DNA of 16,518 nt from Fibrobacterales bacterium. Lineage in GTDB: Bacteria > Fibrobacterota > Fibrobacteria > Fibrobacterales > JAOPTW01. The stretch lies in NCBI GenBank assembly GCA_051532055.1, contig JAOPTX010000056.1:1-16518 (forward strand), in the 5' to 3' direction. The notes under the pieces were generated by a model. It was not told the origin of the DNA and searched no databases. It worked only from the letters and a program-made list of their open reading frames with translations. Shown here in pieces: positions 5,972-15,232 of the stretch (positions within the stretch are counted from its first letter, which is position 1; every line of letters begins with the position of its first letter). Position numbers and translations under genes: made by a program.

Positions 5972-8395
5972 GTGAAGCTATTTACATCTTTTATTTTGAC
6001 AATACTAGCGCTCTATTTGAGTTCTTGCAGTATTACTTCTGAAAATGACTCATCGTTTTCGATAACCGGTATAACTATTACTGGATCAAATAAAACAACG
6101 GCACTATCTCCTGTAGCATTTAAAAATAGCAAAATAATATCTGAAGTTACACAAGCAAATGTATCTGTATACTTGTATAAAAAAGGATCTGAACATGTTG
6201 TTATAGATTCAACACAAACTGATGCATCAGGGTATTTCCAGTTTCACGTTTTGGAACCGGGTGAGTTTACTATAATGGCAGATCTTAATACAATATTAGG
6301 AGGCGTGACTCGTGAAATATCGATATCAAATTCAGTTCGCCAGCGTAATGATATCAAAATTTCATTAACTAATTACGAATTTAAGGCAATTGACCTGGAA
6401 GGGAAGAATGTTACGAGTGTCAAATATTTTCATCGAAACCTTACCTCGATAACTGGAGATTATATTGTCCCAGCTTTATTAGGAATAAATCAGTTTATAA
6501 CAGTAGTTGAACCTCAAAATAGTGGATCACTTAAAAGAAACGTATATGCAATTGTAAATATTGAAGCATCTATAAGTGTAACCTTAATTGAGGTTCAAAA
6601 TGTTGATGCTAGTAGCAGTGAAAATACAACAAGCGGCATGTCTTCAAGTTCATTTTTTACTATCAATTCTTCTTCTCGAAATGCAGCGATGAGTTCCTCA
6701 GTAGATTCCGATATCATTTTTTCATCAAGTACTCCAGTAGGAAATGAATTTATACCAGCAATTCCTAAAGTAAATTATCAATACTCAACAATAATTCAAT
6801 TTGATGAAGAGTCTGCTAAAGATGCAAATATTGTTTTTAATGGAAGTTTAGAGAATACCCAAAATACTGGTAGAAATGATGGTGAACTAAGAGTCTTTGT
6901 TGCAGGTACTTACGATAAGAATACTAGAATGCGAACATTGATAGAGTTCAATACTATTCCTGAAACAATAGTAACAGATAACGTGAGTTTTGCTTATATG
7001 GTATTATACCGAGATCAGACTTGGGAAAAACATTTTACTAATGACTATACAATTGACGCACATAAAATGCTCGTTCCGTGGAAAGAAGGGACAAGTAAGG
7101 CTCCAGATCCGAGTGCGTGGTACACCTATGGGTATGACAACAGTTTGTACAACGGCGCAACGGGCTTAGAGGCTCAGTATGGTGTTCACTGGAGTGAAGA
7201 AGGTGTTGGGCTGAATAATATTGATGCCGAAACAATGCCAACGAGTTCGGTAACTATTGTCAAAGAACATCTCCTTACTTTTGATAGTGTCGCTATTATA
7301 TTATCGGGTGCTGTACATGATTGGGTGCAAAATCCATCAACTAACTATGGAGTACTTTTAAGGAATACATATGATAGTGGTAATGACGAAAATTACCCTA
7401 CCTATCCTATGTTTCATTCAGGAGAGTCTCCTATTGTTGCGAAAAGGCCAAAACTTGTTGTTGTTCTGAAACAACCAATCGAGCAAAATTCTTCATCTGA
7501 GACCACTGTATCATCTAGTGATTTATTGAGTTCAGTAGAAGTATTATCTTCTAGTGAATTAACGAGCTCGACAACAGATTTGTCATCATCCATTTTACTC
7601 TCAAGTTCATCGGTAATCAGTTCAAGTACTGAACTGCCTTCTTCTTCAAGTATTTTATTACCGAATGATGAATTAAGTAGTGTTGATCAATATAATCAAG
7701 TTCCGCTAGGATTAGATTATTCGAACTCAATAATAATACAGCCAGACAATACAACTGGCAAAGACAGTCAAATAGGGATAGATTCATACATTCAGAGAAA
7801 TGATGGTGAAGTACAATTTTTAACTGTTGGAAAGTATGATGGAAGTACCAGAACTCGCTCACTTATAGAATTTACAGCCCTTTCAACTCCTCAGATTGAT
7901 AGTGTTCCGAAATTTGCTTATTTGGTATTGTACAGAAGGACTACTTGGAGTAAACATTACGAAGTTGATTTTAAAATAGATTTTCATAAGTTACTTAAAC
8001 CTTGGAAAGAAGGGAGTGGAGAACCATCATCAGTTGACCTTCATTTTTCGACAGCAAATGATAACTCAATTGCTGATGGAGTGACTGGGCAAGAAGCTTT
8101 TTATAATGAAAGCTGGAATGAAGTAGGAGTTGGTTTAAATGATATCGATGCTGGTAGCTTGCCTATTGCTTATGGAATAGTAAAAGAAAATGAAATGGCA
8201 ACTTTCGATAGTCTAGCAGTAAATATGACTGAGGCTGTTAAATTTTGGATAGAGAATCCATCAGAAAATTATGGATTTATTATGAGGCATGAAGATGACC
8301 TAACTTTAGATATTTCTATCCCAAGTTATCCTAGCTTCTACAGTTGTGAGATAGGGCTTGTAGATAAAAGGCCAAAGCTTGTCTTAGTCTATTAA
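5972..8395 (+). CDS. lipoprotein with N-terminal carboxypeptidase-regulatory/prealbumin-like domain, Ser-rich linkers and two DNRLRE domains
   Basis: GTG start with GAGGA at 5961-5965; lipobox LSSC (Cys19); TQTDASGYFQF motif. Two homologous domains (about aa 274-499 and 588-807) with R.LIEF, PWKEG, W..NPS.NYG, F.S.E and RPKLV motifs. Confidence 0.85.
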   Translation: MKLFTSFILTILALYLSSCSITSENDSSFSITGITITGSNKTTALSPVAFKNSKIISEVTQANVSVYLYKKGSEHVVIDSTQTDASGYFQFHVLEPGEFTIMADLNTILGGVTREISISNSVRQRNDIKISLTNYEFKAIDLEGKNVTSVKYFHRNLTSITGDYIVPALLGINQFITVVEPQNSGSLKRNVYAIVNIEASISVTLIEVQNVDASSSENTTSGMSSSSFFTINSSSRNAAMSSSVDSDIIFSSSTPVGNEFIPAIPKVNYQYSTIIQFDEESAKDANIVFNGSLENTQNTGRNDGELRVFVAGTYDKNTRMRTLIEFNTIPETIVTDNVSFAYMVLYRDQTWEKHFTNDYTIDAHKMLVPWKEGTSKAPDPSAWYTYGYDNSLYNGATGLEAQYGVHWSEEGVGLNNIDAETMPTSSVTIVKEHLLTFDSVAIILSGAVHDWVQNPSTNYGVLLRNTYDSGNDENYPTYPMFHSGESPIVAKRPKLVVVLKQPIEQNSSSETTVSSSDLLSSVEVLSSSELTSSTTDLSSSILLSSSSVISSSTELPSSSSILLPNDELSSVDQYNQVPLGLDYSNSIIIQPDNTTGKDSQIGIDSYIQRNDGEVQFLTVGKYDGSTRTRSLIEFTALSTPQIDSVPKFAYLVLYRRTTWSKHYEVDFKIDFHKLLKPWKEGSGEPSSVDLHFSTANDNSIADGVTGQEAFYNESWNEVGVGLNDIDAGSLPIAYGIVKENEMATFDSLAVNMTEAVKFWIENPSENYGFIMRHEDDLTLDISIPSYPSFYSCEIGLVDKRPKLVLVY

Positions 8396-8397
8396 CA

Positions 8398-8430
8398 TGT
8401 AATTGTACCTCTATCTGAGGCACTATTACA
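8398..8430 (+). terminator. hairpin after the DNRLRE gene
   Basis: TGTAATTGTACCTC-TATCT-GAGGCACTATTACA: 14-bp stem with 2 mismatches, followed by AATTGTTTTG. Confidence 0.5.
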
Positions 8431-8448
8431 AATTGTTTTGATTCAGGA

Positions 8449-8477
8449 TTTACTAACTCGATTTGTATAGTTACATT
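8449..8477 (+). promoter_or_regulatory. candidate promoter for a leaderless TIGR02147 transcript
   Basis: TTTACT (8449-8454), N17, TACATT (8472-8477), then 6 nt to ATG 8484. No SD. Confidence 0.35.
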
Positions 8478-8483
8478 GTTACA

Positions 8484-9341
8484 ATGATCAATATATATGA
8501 TTACGATAGTAATATTACTTATTTAAATGATTGGTTTAAAAGCCAAAAAGAGGGAAATAAAAAGTTCTCTCATCAATTTTTTGCCCATAAAGCTGGATTA
8601 AATTCTCGTAGCTATATGGCAAATATCTTAAATGGTTCACGGTGCATTAACGCGAAAAATATTTTTAAAATCGCTGAAGGTTTAGGATTGGTTGGTAAAG
8701 AGGTTCTTTATTTTGAAACTTTAGTATACTATAGTCAATGTATTGAGCTAAAAGACAAAGGTCGCTTCTTTTTAGCTCTTCAAAAATTAAAGCCGAAATC
8801 TAAAGTAAATCATTTAAAAAGTATGCAGTATGAATATTTTCAAAAATGGTATTACCCTGCCTTAAGAGAATTACTGACCTATTATGATTTTGGTGGGGAT
8901 TATAAAATACTTGGCCAGCAAATTTTACCAGCTATATCAGGAGCTGAGGCTAAACGAGCAGTTCAATTACTTTTAGATCTCCAGCTCATAGAAAAAATAA
9001 AACATGAACCTCCGACCTCCAAGATCGTTCAAAATAATAAATGGGGTTTGTATCGTCAAACTGAAGGTGTTATTTTTGGAGATGATAAGTATGAGTCTAT
9101 GGTAGTTCGAAGCTATCAGGAAAATACGTTAGACTTGGCTAAAAAAGCTTTATCTAAAATTGAAAGTAACAAACAGAGCTTTAATACATATACCTATAGT
9201 GTAGATTCTATCGGAGCCAAAGAAGTCGATAATCTGATACAGGAATTTCAGGAAAAGCTCATATCGATAGTGAATAATGCAAAAAATGTAAATAATACCT
9301 ATCAATTAAATCTGCAGCTGTTCCCACTTACCAAGGACTAG
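8484..9341 (+). CDS. TIGR02147 family protein (N-terminal XRE-like HTH, DUF4423-like C-terminus), putative regulator
   Basis: INIYDY...YLNDWF...K...FS...FA.KAGL.SRSY...ILNG.R; YFETLV.YSQ; YEYFQKWYYPALREL; C-terminal YQLNLQLFPLTK. Start placed at ATG 8484 rather than TTG 8463. Confidence 0.88.
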   Translation: MINIYDYDSNITYLNDWFKSQKEGNKKFSHQFFAHKAGLNSRSYMANILNGSRCINAKNIFKIAEGLGLVGKEVLYFETLVYYSQCIELKDKGRFFLALQKLKPKSKVNHLKSMQYEYFQKWYYPALRELLTYYDFGGDYKILGQQILPAISGAEAKRAVQLLLDLQLIEKIKHEPPTSKIVQNNKWGLYRQTEGVIFGDDKYESMVVRSYQENTLDLAKKALSKIESNKQSFNTYTYSVDSIGAKEVDNLIQEFQEKLISIVNNAKNVNNTYQLNLQLFPLTKD

Positions 9342-10039
9342 TTCTTTCTGGCCACCTGGCAATAGCTTTGAATAAGTGCTGTTTCGATTTTCATTTGAAT
9401 ATTTGAGTATCTAATTCTATCGGGCATAATAAATTTTATTGTTGTAAATAAGAGATAAAGTGGTGCACGTAGAATTCTACCAAAATATCCAGGAATTCCT
9501 AGATAGATATAGCGCTCTTTGATAACAGTAAAATTATGATCCTCAGCAATTCTTCTGAGTCGATATGGAGATGTTGGGAATTGATGCGTCCAATCACAAT
9601 CATAAAATGATGCTTTCATATCTAAAATATTTGGTGTTGCAATAAGGATAATACCATTTGGTTTTAGTATTCTATGGATTTCATTATAAAGCGAGGAAAT
9701 AGAATCAACTGATGGAAAATGTTCTAAAACATGAGAAAGAACACAAACATCATGGGAAGAGTCTTCAAGGGGAAGAGGGGGAGCTGATGAATGTATTATT
9801 GAAAATTTATCTTTTAATAAAAATGATGCATGTTCAGATTCTTCTATCCCCGTATAGTTGGAGTGTGTATTAGTTATAAGGGATGCGAGTTCTCCACGTC
9901 CAGGACCTATTTCACAAATTTTCGCTTCGGGAGGTAGTTTTTGTTTTATCGTATTCCAAAGTCTACTACGATAGGATTGATTTATAATTTTGATTATCGA
10001 AGATGTCTTGTTTTTAGTATAGTAATCATACTTTGCCAT
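9338..10039 (-). CDS. class I SAM-dependent methyltransferase
   Basis: EIGPGRG motif I, LPLEDSSHD, SHVLEH and RILKPNG. Confidence 0.88.
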   Translation of the reverse strand: MAKYDYYTKNKTSSIIKIINQSYRSRLWNTIKQKLPPEAKICEIGPGRGELASLITNTHSNYTGIEESEHASFLLKDKFSIIHSSAPPLPLEDSSHDVCVLSHVLEHFPSVDSISSLYNEIHRILKPNGIILIATPNILDMKASFYDCDWTHQFPTSPYRLRRIAEDHNFTVIKERYIYLGIPGYFGRILRAPLYLLFTTIKFIMPDRIRYSNIQMKIETALIQSYCQVARKN

Positions 10040-10982
10040 TTTGAAATCCTCTTAATAATATAATCCCCTGTTTTAATAATATCAATGTACCACTATAAAG
10101 TGCAGCCATAACCATATAGGCATAAGCAACAGTAGATGCAGCAAGGCATGTTTCATTACTGAGGGGGAATAATGATGAAATCATATATACATATATACCC
10201 TCGCGAATACCGATACCAGAAAGTGAAATTGGGATCAGAGTAGCAAAAGTAATAATTGGTTGAACTAAATACGCGCCTAATAGTGGCATGTCGGCATCAA
10301 TCACTTTAAAACTTAGGTAGAATAGAAAAATCGAAAGGTTCTGAATCAAAAAGGATAAAAAGAAGGTGTATATAATCTCTTTGAATGATCGATGCTCTTT
10401 CGTTAACTTTAAGAACGTATCGATTTTGTTTTGATAAGGAAACCATGATGGGATTGTAATGGCTTTAGAACGAAGTGTAACATAGATTAGTAGAAATAAG
10501 ATAAAAGTTATGGTAATCATTCCCGCAATTGATAATGCTGGGAGAGGAAGGTGAGGGTTAAAGAAAAAAAGAACCCAAAATGAAAGTGTTAATAGGGCAA
10601 AACCTTGGAGGCGAACATAAAAAATTGAGTAAATTGATAATGAAGATGCGTTAATTTTTTTACCGAGGGTGATACTTTTGATAGCATCTCCACCCATAGA
10701 GCCTGGTAGAAAAAGATTGAAAAAATGGCCCATACATATGTAGTAGTAAAATTGTAGAATTGTTGGCTTATCCTTCTTAACTATAGGTAAGCTTACTTTC
10801 CATCGTATTGCCTGAAGAATAAATGTAACTTGTAATATAATAAGCGAAAAACCTAAGTATTTTAGATTGGGCCGTGCTATAGTTTCGATGACTCCGTCAA
10901 ATGAGACAAATCGAAATAGAAAAAATAAGCAACTGATGCTGATTAGAAACTTTAGTCCGGTAATACCATGTTTTTTATTCAT
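10026..10982 (-). CDS. lysylphosphatidylglycerol-synthase TM / UPF0104 flippase-like membrane protein
   Basis: Multi-TM; A.RW, GHFFNLFLPGSMGGDAIK and LIPISLSGIGIREG motifs. Confidence 0.85.
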   Translation of the reverse strand: MNKKHGITGLKFLISISCLFFLFRFVSFDGVIETIARPNLKYLGFSLIILQVTFILQAIRWKVSLPIVKKDKPTILQFYYYICMGHFFNLFLPGSMGGDAIKSITLGKKINASSLSIYSIFYVRLQGFALLTLSFWVLFFFNPHLPLPALSIAGMITITFILFLLIYVTLRSKAITIPSWFPYQNKIDTFLKLTKEHRSFKEIIYTFFLSFLIQNLSIFLFYLSFKVIDADMPLLGAYLVQPIITFATLIPISLSGIGIREGIYVYMISSLFPLSNETCLAASTVAYAYMVMAALYSGTLILLKQGIILLRGFQNGKV

Positions 10983-10983
10983 A

Positions 10984-11988
10984 TTATAGGGTTAACTCAG
11001 CTCGTTTAAGTTTAAACATTTTTAATAATCGAAGAGTTTTTTGTGGGGTTTCAGTGCTGTTATTCCAGAAATATTTACGTTTTTGGTACTCTCTAGGGAT
11101 ATACCAGAGGCCAGCTATCCAAGCAGTTAACAGTGTTTTAATAATACCAACCTTTGATAAATGCTCAGTTGCTTTTTCTCCACTCGGTCCTTGCGCATTT
11201 TTTAGAGTGTAATACCTAATAAAGGTATAGAAAAAGGTTAGTGGGAAATACCATAGCGGTAAGTATTTATAACAACTCATTACTCTATTTCGCTCTGAGT
11301 AATAGAGCTTAGTTGGTGAAAATCGAACGGTTGCTAAAGAACGGTGATGATATACTATGGCCAAAGGATTAAAAATAGTTTTAAGTCCATTGATTTCTAA
11401 ACGCCAAAAAAGATCGGTCTCTTCGTAAAAAAGAAAGTAATCTTCATCAAAAGGTGTGATGATATCAAACAAGCTTTTTTTGAAAGCCATCACTGCACCA
11501 TAGCACCCAAAGACTGGATCTTGTGAATATTTGAAATGTTCATATGGTGTGTTTACTGCTATGCCTTGGGGATTTAGGTCACCAAAAAATTTGTTTCCGG
11601 CCCAATTAATTGAATTGTCGGATTTATGAAGAAATAGTGAAGCCATAGAATAGGCCTCAGGTTGTTCATTAAATGTTTTTATAAGTTGCTCAGCCCATGA
11701 CGTATCATATTCAACATCCATATTTGAAAGTACGACAATTTCTGAATTCATGACAGCAAGTAATTGATTACAAGCACCAGCATAACCCAAATTTTTTTGT
11801 GATGTAATAACAGTGATTGTACTATAGGCTTTCATCGAAAGTTCTGTCAGGGAGTTATCTGACGAGTCGTTGTCAAATACAAAAATATTTATGTGTGGGC
11901 CCGTGCATTTACGTAATGAATTAATGCACATCAGTAATTGTTCGCCACCATTGTAATTAATTATACCGACATCAATAGAAGAAGCCAT
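10984..11988 (-). CDS. glycosyltransferase family 2
   Basis: IINYN, DNDSSDNS, NLGYAGACN, NMD, FDEDYFLFYEETDLFWR, VYHHRS and YYSERNR motifs (WbbL/rhamnosyltransferase-like GT2). AGGA SD. Confidence 0.9.
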   Translation of the reverse strand: MASSIDVGIINYNGGEQLLMCINSLRKCTGPHINIFVFDNDSSDNSLTELSMKAYSTITVITSQKNLGYAGACNQLLAVMNSEIVVLSNMDVEYDTSWAEQLIKTFNEQPEAYSMASLFLHKSDNSINWAGNKFFGDLNPQGIAVNTPYEHFKYSQDPVFGCYGAVMAFKKSLFDIITPFDEDYFLFYEETDLFWRLEINGLKTIFNPLAIVYHHRSLATVRFSPTKLYYSERNRVMSCYKYLPLWYFPLTFFYTFIRYYTLKNAQGPSGEKATEHLSKVGIIKTLLTAWIAGLWYIPREYQKRKYFWNNSTETPQKTLRLLKMFKLKRAELTL

Positions 11989-11999
11989 TTTTGTATCCT

Positions 12000-12758
12000 T
12001 TAAGATTCGTGAGTTGGCCCACGGTAATAATTAGTTTCAAAAAAATGATTATCAAGAATAGAAACAAATGAACCATCTTTAGCACTACGAGTGATACTAA
12101 AAAATATACTTGTAGATAGGTTAGGTAGAAGACTTGATAAGCGTTGAGCTGTTTTAGTAGGAAACGGATAGAAGCCAGAGCCTGCAAAATTACTTATGGT
12201 AAAATAGCCATCTGTTTGTATAAAGCGCTCCATACCTTGCCGAGTGATTCCGCGGGGGTGTGGGCCAAGCATATGGTTGCTGGTGGGTTCCATCCCAAGA
12301 AGCAACATGGCTCTATCGTGCCAAGCTGCAAGGTTAGGGACCCCAATAATAAGACGCCCCCCAGGTTTTAGTACTCGTGAAATTTCTCCACATACCCAAA
12401 AGATATCTTTGGTATGTTCGAGAACTTGGTTTATAACAACTACATCAAAGGTTTCAGTTGGCCATGGAAGGGTGTCTCGTTCAATATTACAGCCATGAGC
12501 TTCAATTCCCTTTTTAAGAAGTATTTCTCTATAAGGTTCATATGCCTCAATTGCAGCAAGGGTGCAGTGTTCATTTAATATTTTTGAAATACCGATGAGA
12601 TCATCTCCCTGGCCACAACCAATATCTAATATAGAAAGGGGGAGGTGTGAATGTGCGGCATAATCTTTAATCCATTTTTGTATTATAGGACGTCCATAAG
12701 TAAGATGTTCAGTGTCACCTTTTAAAGACTTTGCCTTTTGATATATCCATTCAAGCAT
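12000..12758 (-). CDS. class I SAM-dependent methyltransferase
   Basis: ILDIGCGQG, LPWPTETFDVV, QVLEH and RVLKPGGRLIIGVPN. Confidence 0.9.
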   Translation of the reverse strand: MLEWIYQKAKSLKGDTEHLTYGRPIIQKWIKDYAAHSHLPLSILDIGCGQGDDLIGISKILNEHCTLAAIEAYEPYREILLKKGIEAHGCNIERDTLPWPTETFDVVVINQVLEHTKDIFWVCGEISRVLKPGGRLIIGVPNLAAWHDRAMLLLGMEPTSNHMLGPHPRGITRQGMERFIQTDGYFTISNFAGSGFYPFPTKTAQRLSSLLPNLSTSIFFSITRSAKDGSFVSILDNHFFETNYYRGPTHES

Positions 12759-12768
12759 ATGAGGAGAC

Positions 12769-15225
12769 CTATGTTCTTTTCTTACGTGATTGTTTGTATG
12801 AAACTGCAGTAAGAAGAATAAGGATCAGGACACCTAAGTAAATCAAATATTTGGATTTGTCAGCTACAACTGATTTATAATACATTTTGACTGTGGATTT
12901 TCCTGCCGGTACTTCCACAGCTCTAAATGTTGTGAAGGCTCGGTGGATAGGAGTAAGCTTTCCATTAACCTCAGCATTCCAGTATTCGTGGAAATTGTCA
13001 TTTATAAAAAGAAGTGCAGGACGCTCAGTTTCAACGGAGATTGTAAACTCATCCATGGTGTATGCCGTTATTTTTGAACTACCCTTAATAAAGGTTGAAT
13101 CAATTCCTGCATTGGTAAAACCGTATTGGAATGTTGGCTTTTCAAAAAGCATGAGTTGGTTTTGATAATCGAATGAATCAGATTTCAACAAGGTAATCGC
13201 AGAACTACTATCAACAATAGATGTATTGTAGAAAAGAGTAGTCTTATCAAATGCTGCATTGTTCATTACAAGTTGTGGACCATTTTGATTGGGGAGTGTG
13301 AGGTACTTAACACCGAGTATATTTAAAAATGGGTTAGTTGCGAGTTCTTGTTTTCTCAGTTTATATAAAAGGTTATCTAACTGTTGGCCGCCTCTAAAAG
13401 ATCGATAGGTGCCGACCTCATTGTCGTGAAAGCCCGTTGGTATTTGAATCCCGTAATAGGCGACCATGCCCTCTTTAACTGTATTGCCCAAGGGGAGTAT
13501 CCGGTGCTGATTTAGTGGATCAATACGTGGTTTGACGGCATCAACAAGATTACTCCGATTAATATAGCGACTCATGGGGACTGTTTGAATAAACTGTAGG
13601 TTTACAACAGAGGTGTCAATAAGGATTGCCATAAGGAGTAGCCCGGCGAATCGATTAAGATTAAAAGGAGTCGTTACACTATAGAGAAGGCCGCCTGCAA
13701 TAATGAGGAGGAGTATAAAAGAGGCAAAAATATCTGATGCACTACTATTCATAAGCTCAGTATTGAGTTCTTTAAAATAGGAAGGGGAGAGGTGAGCTGT
13801 ACCTGAAGATGCAATGAATATGAGGATGATTGCAGCAAAGGCAACTGAAGCTAGAACCCAACGAGGGATATTTTTTATGGAGGTGGTTTCAGCACTATAT
13901 TGTTTTGCCAATCCATAGACAATCGCTCCAATACCACCAAGTACAGCAACGGTACCAAGTCCACCAATTGCACTTTCCCACATAAAACGGGCAATGACAA
14001 GAGCGAAGCCCAGACCACAAAATGAGAGAATCCCAATTTTGTGAGCATGTTCGTATTCATTGACTTCCTTAAGATAGAGAGCGGCGAGCATTAAGATTGA
14101 GAATGACCACCAGATTGTGGCCATTGAAGGACCTCGAAAGAGTTTTACTCCAGGGACAAAAGAGAAAAAGAATTGAAAGAGTGGTGTGTGACCACCGACG
14201 GAAAAGGTAAGTGCAAGAGTAGCGAGAGAGAGCCAGAAGAACTTTTCCTTCCTACGCTTTTTTGTGAAAAGACCAACAAATGCAAGAAGAGTAACAACGA
14301 TGCCTGCTGTTTCATGATTCAGTTTAAATGAGTTGTGTCCCCAGTAGGCCTTTTCGCCAGTGTCAATTCCTATAAAGCCAGGGAGAATTAGCGACGCGGC
14401 TTCTTCTTGGTGAAGTGACCAACTAATAGCGTGGTCAATAGTTGTTTTTTCTTCTGTTGAACGTACGGACTGTTCGGTTGAGTAAAAATAGGGAGGAATC
14501 AATTGTACTGCACCAAGCATTAAGCCAATGGTAACAGAAAGGCCAATGAGTGCTTGTTTGCTGAGCTTAGTTTTTAAGGGGTTCTTAGTGTGAATAAAAA
14601 TTTCATACACCGAAACAAAAAAGAGGCCCCACAGAAAAAAGTAAGTAAGTTGGACATGACTCGATATGAGCATCCATCCCATAGTCAGTCCCATGACTGC
14701 AACACCCCATAGCCTGTTCTCTCTACTAAACTTTAAGAGGCCATATACTACGAGAGGCATAGCGGCGATAATGTACATTTTCCCATCATGCCCTGGATAA
14801 ATATGTGAAAAGAATTGAGGGTTCAGAGCGTAGGCGGCTCCGAGTATGCCGCCAATTTTCCAATTTTTAGTGAAGTAGCTAAAGAGTATGTGTCCACATA
14901 CAAAGGCAATTAAAATAGCGGCTATAAATTTAAAACCTACACCACGAGCAGGGTCCATAATAGAACTCATATATGATAGTGGGTGGTATATGTCACCAAA
15001 CATTGCATCAATAGTGGGCATCCCACCGAGGATATGATCATTCCATTGTGAAATAAAGAATTCACCATTTCTAAACCATCTCCAACCAAGGCCATTGAGT
15101 TGATCACTACTCACAAGTAGTTTTGATACATCAAAAATAAACTCCCGAAATAGGAAAGCTAAGAGGATGATAAATCCACTTGTAGAAATAAGGAAACGTT
15201 TTATAGTAAGACTAGAATTATTCAT
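12769..15225 (-). CDS. YfhO-family integral membrane protein (putative GT-C glycosyltransferase)
   Basis: WN...LGGMP, H.Q..Y, GAVQLIP....S..SVR and F...PG...FRGP motifs; many TM helices; C-terminal LFINDNF...WNAEVNGK..PIHRA...FRAVEVPAG...V.M.Y domain. ATG 15225 preferred over TTG 15252. Confidence 0.85.
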   Translation of the reverse strand: MNNSSLTIKRFLISTSGFIILLAFLFREFIFDVSKLLVSSDQLNGLGWRWFRNGEFFISQWNDHILGGMPTIDAMFGDIYHPLSYMSSIMDPARGVGFKFIAAILIAFVCGHILFSYFTKNWKIGGILGAAYALNPQFFSHIYPGHDGKMYIIAAMPLVVYGLLKFSRENRLWGVAVMGLTMGWMLISSHVQLTYFFLWGLFFVSVYEIFIHTKNPLKTKLSKQALIGLSVTIGLMLGAVQLIPPYFYSTEQSVRSTEEKTTIDHAISWSLHQEEAASLILPGFIGIDTGEKAYWGHNSFKLNHETAGIVVTLLAFVGLFTKKRRKEKFFWLSLATLALTFSVGGHTPLFQFFFSFVPGVKLFRGPSMATIWWSFSILMLAALYLKEVNEYEHAHKIGILSFCGLGFALVIARFMWESAIGGLGTVAVLGGIGAIVYGLAKQYSAETTSIKNIPRWVLASVAFAAIILIFIASSGTAHLSPSYFKELNTELMNSSASDIFASFILLLIIAGGLLYSVTTPFNLNRFAGLLLMAILIDTSVVNLQFIQTVPMSRYINRSNLVDAVKPRIDPLNQHRILPLGNTVKEGMVAYYGIQIPTGFHDNEVGTYRSFRGGQQLDNLLYKLRKQELATNPFLNILGVKYLTLPNQNGPQLVMNNAAFDKTTLFYNTSIVDSSSAITLLKSDSFDYQNQLMLFEKPTFQYGFTNAGIDSTFIKGSSKITAYTMDEFTISVETERPALLFINDNFHEYWNAEVNGKLTPIHRAFTTFRAVEVPAGKSTVKMYYKSVVADKSKYLIYLGVLILILLTAVSYKQSRKKRT

Positions 15226-15232
15226 AAGTTCT

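Noticed and set aside
4600..7680. Ser-rich tracts as DNA tandem repeats or a CRISPR-like array
   Set aside because: They use mixed Ser codons in frame inside CDSs, with no fixed nucleotide repeat-spacer periodicity.
3773..9341. Accessory block as a mobile element or prophage
   Set aside because: No integrase, transposase, phage gene, tRNA target or terminal repeats bounding the block were seen.
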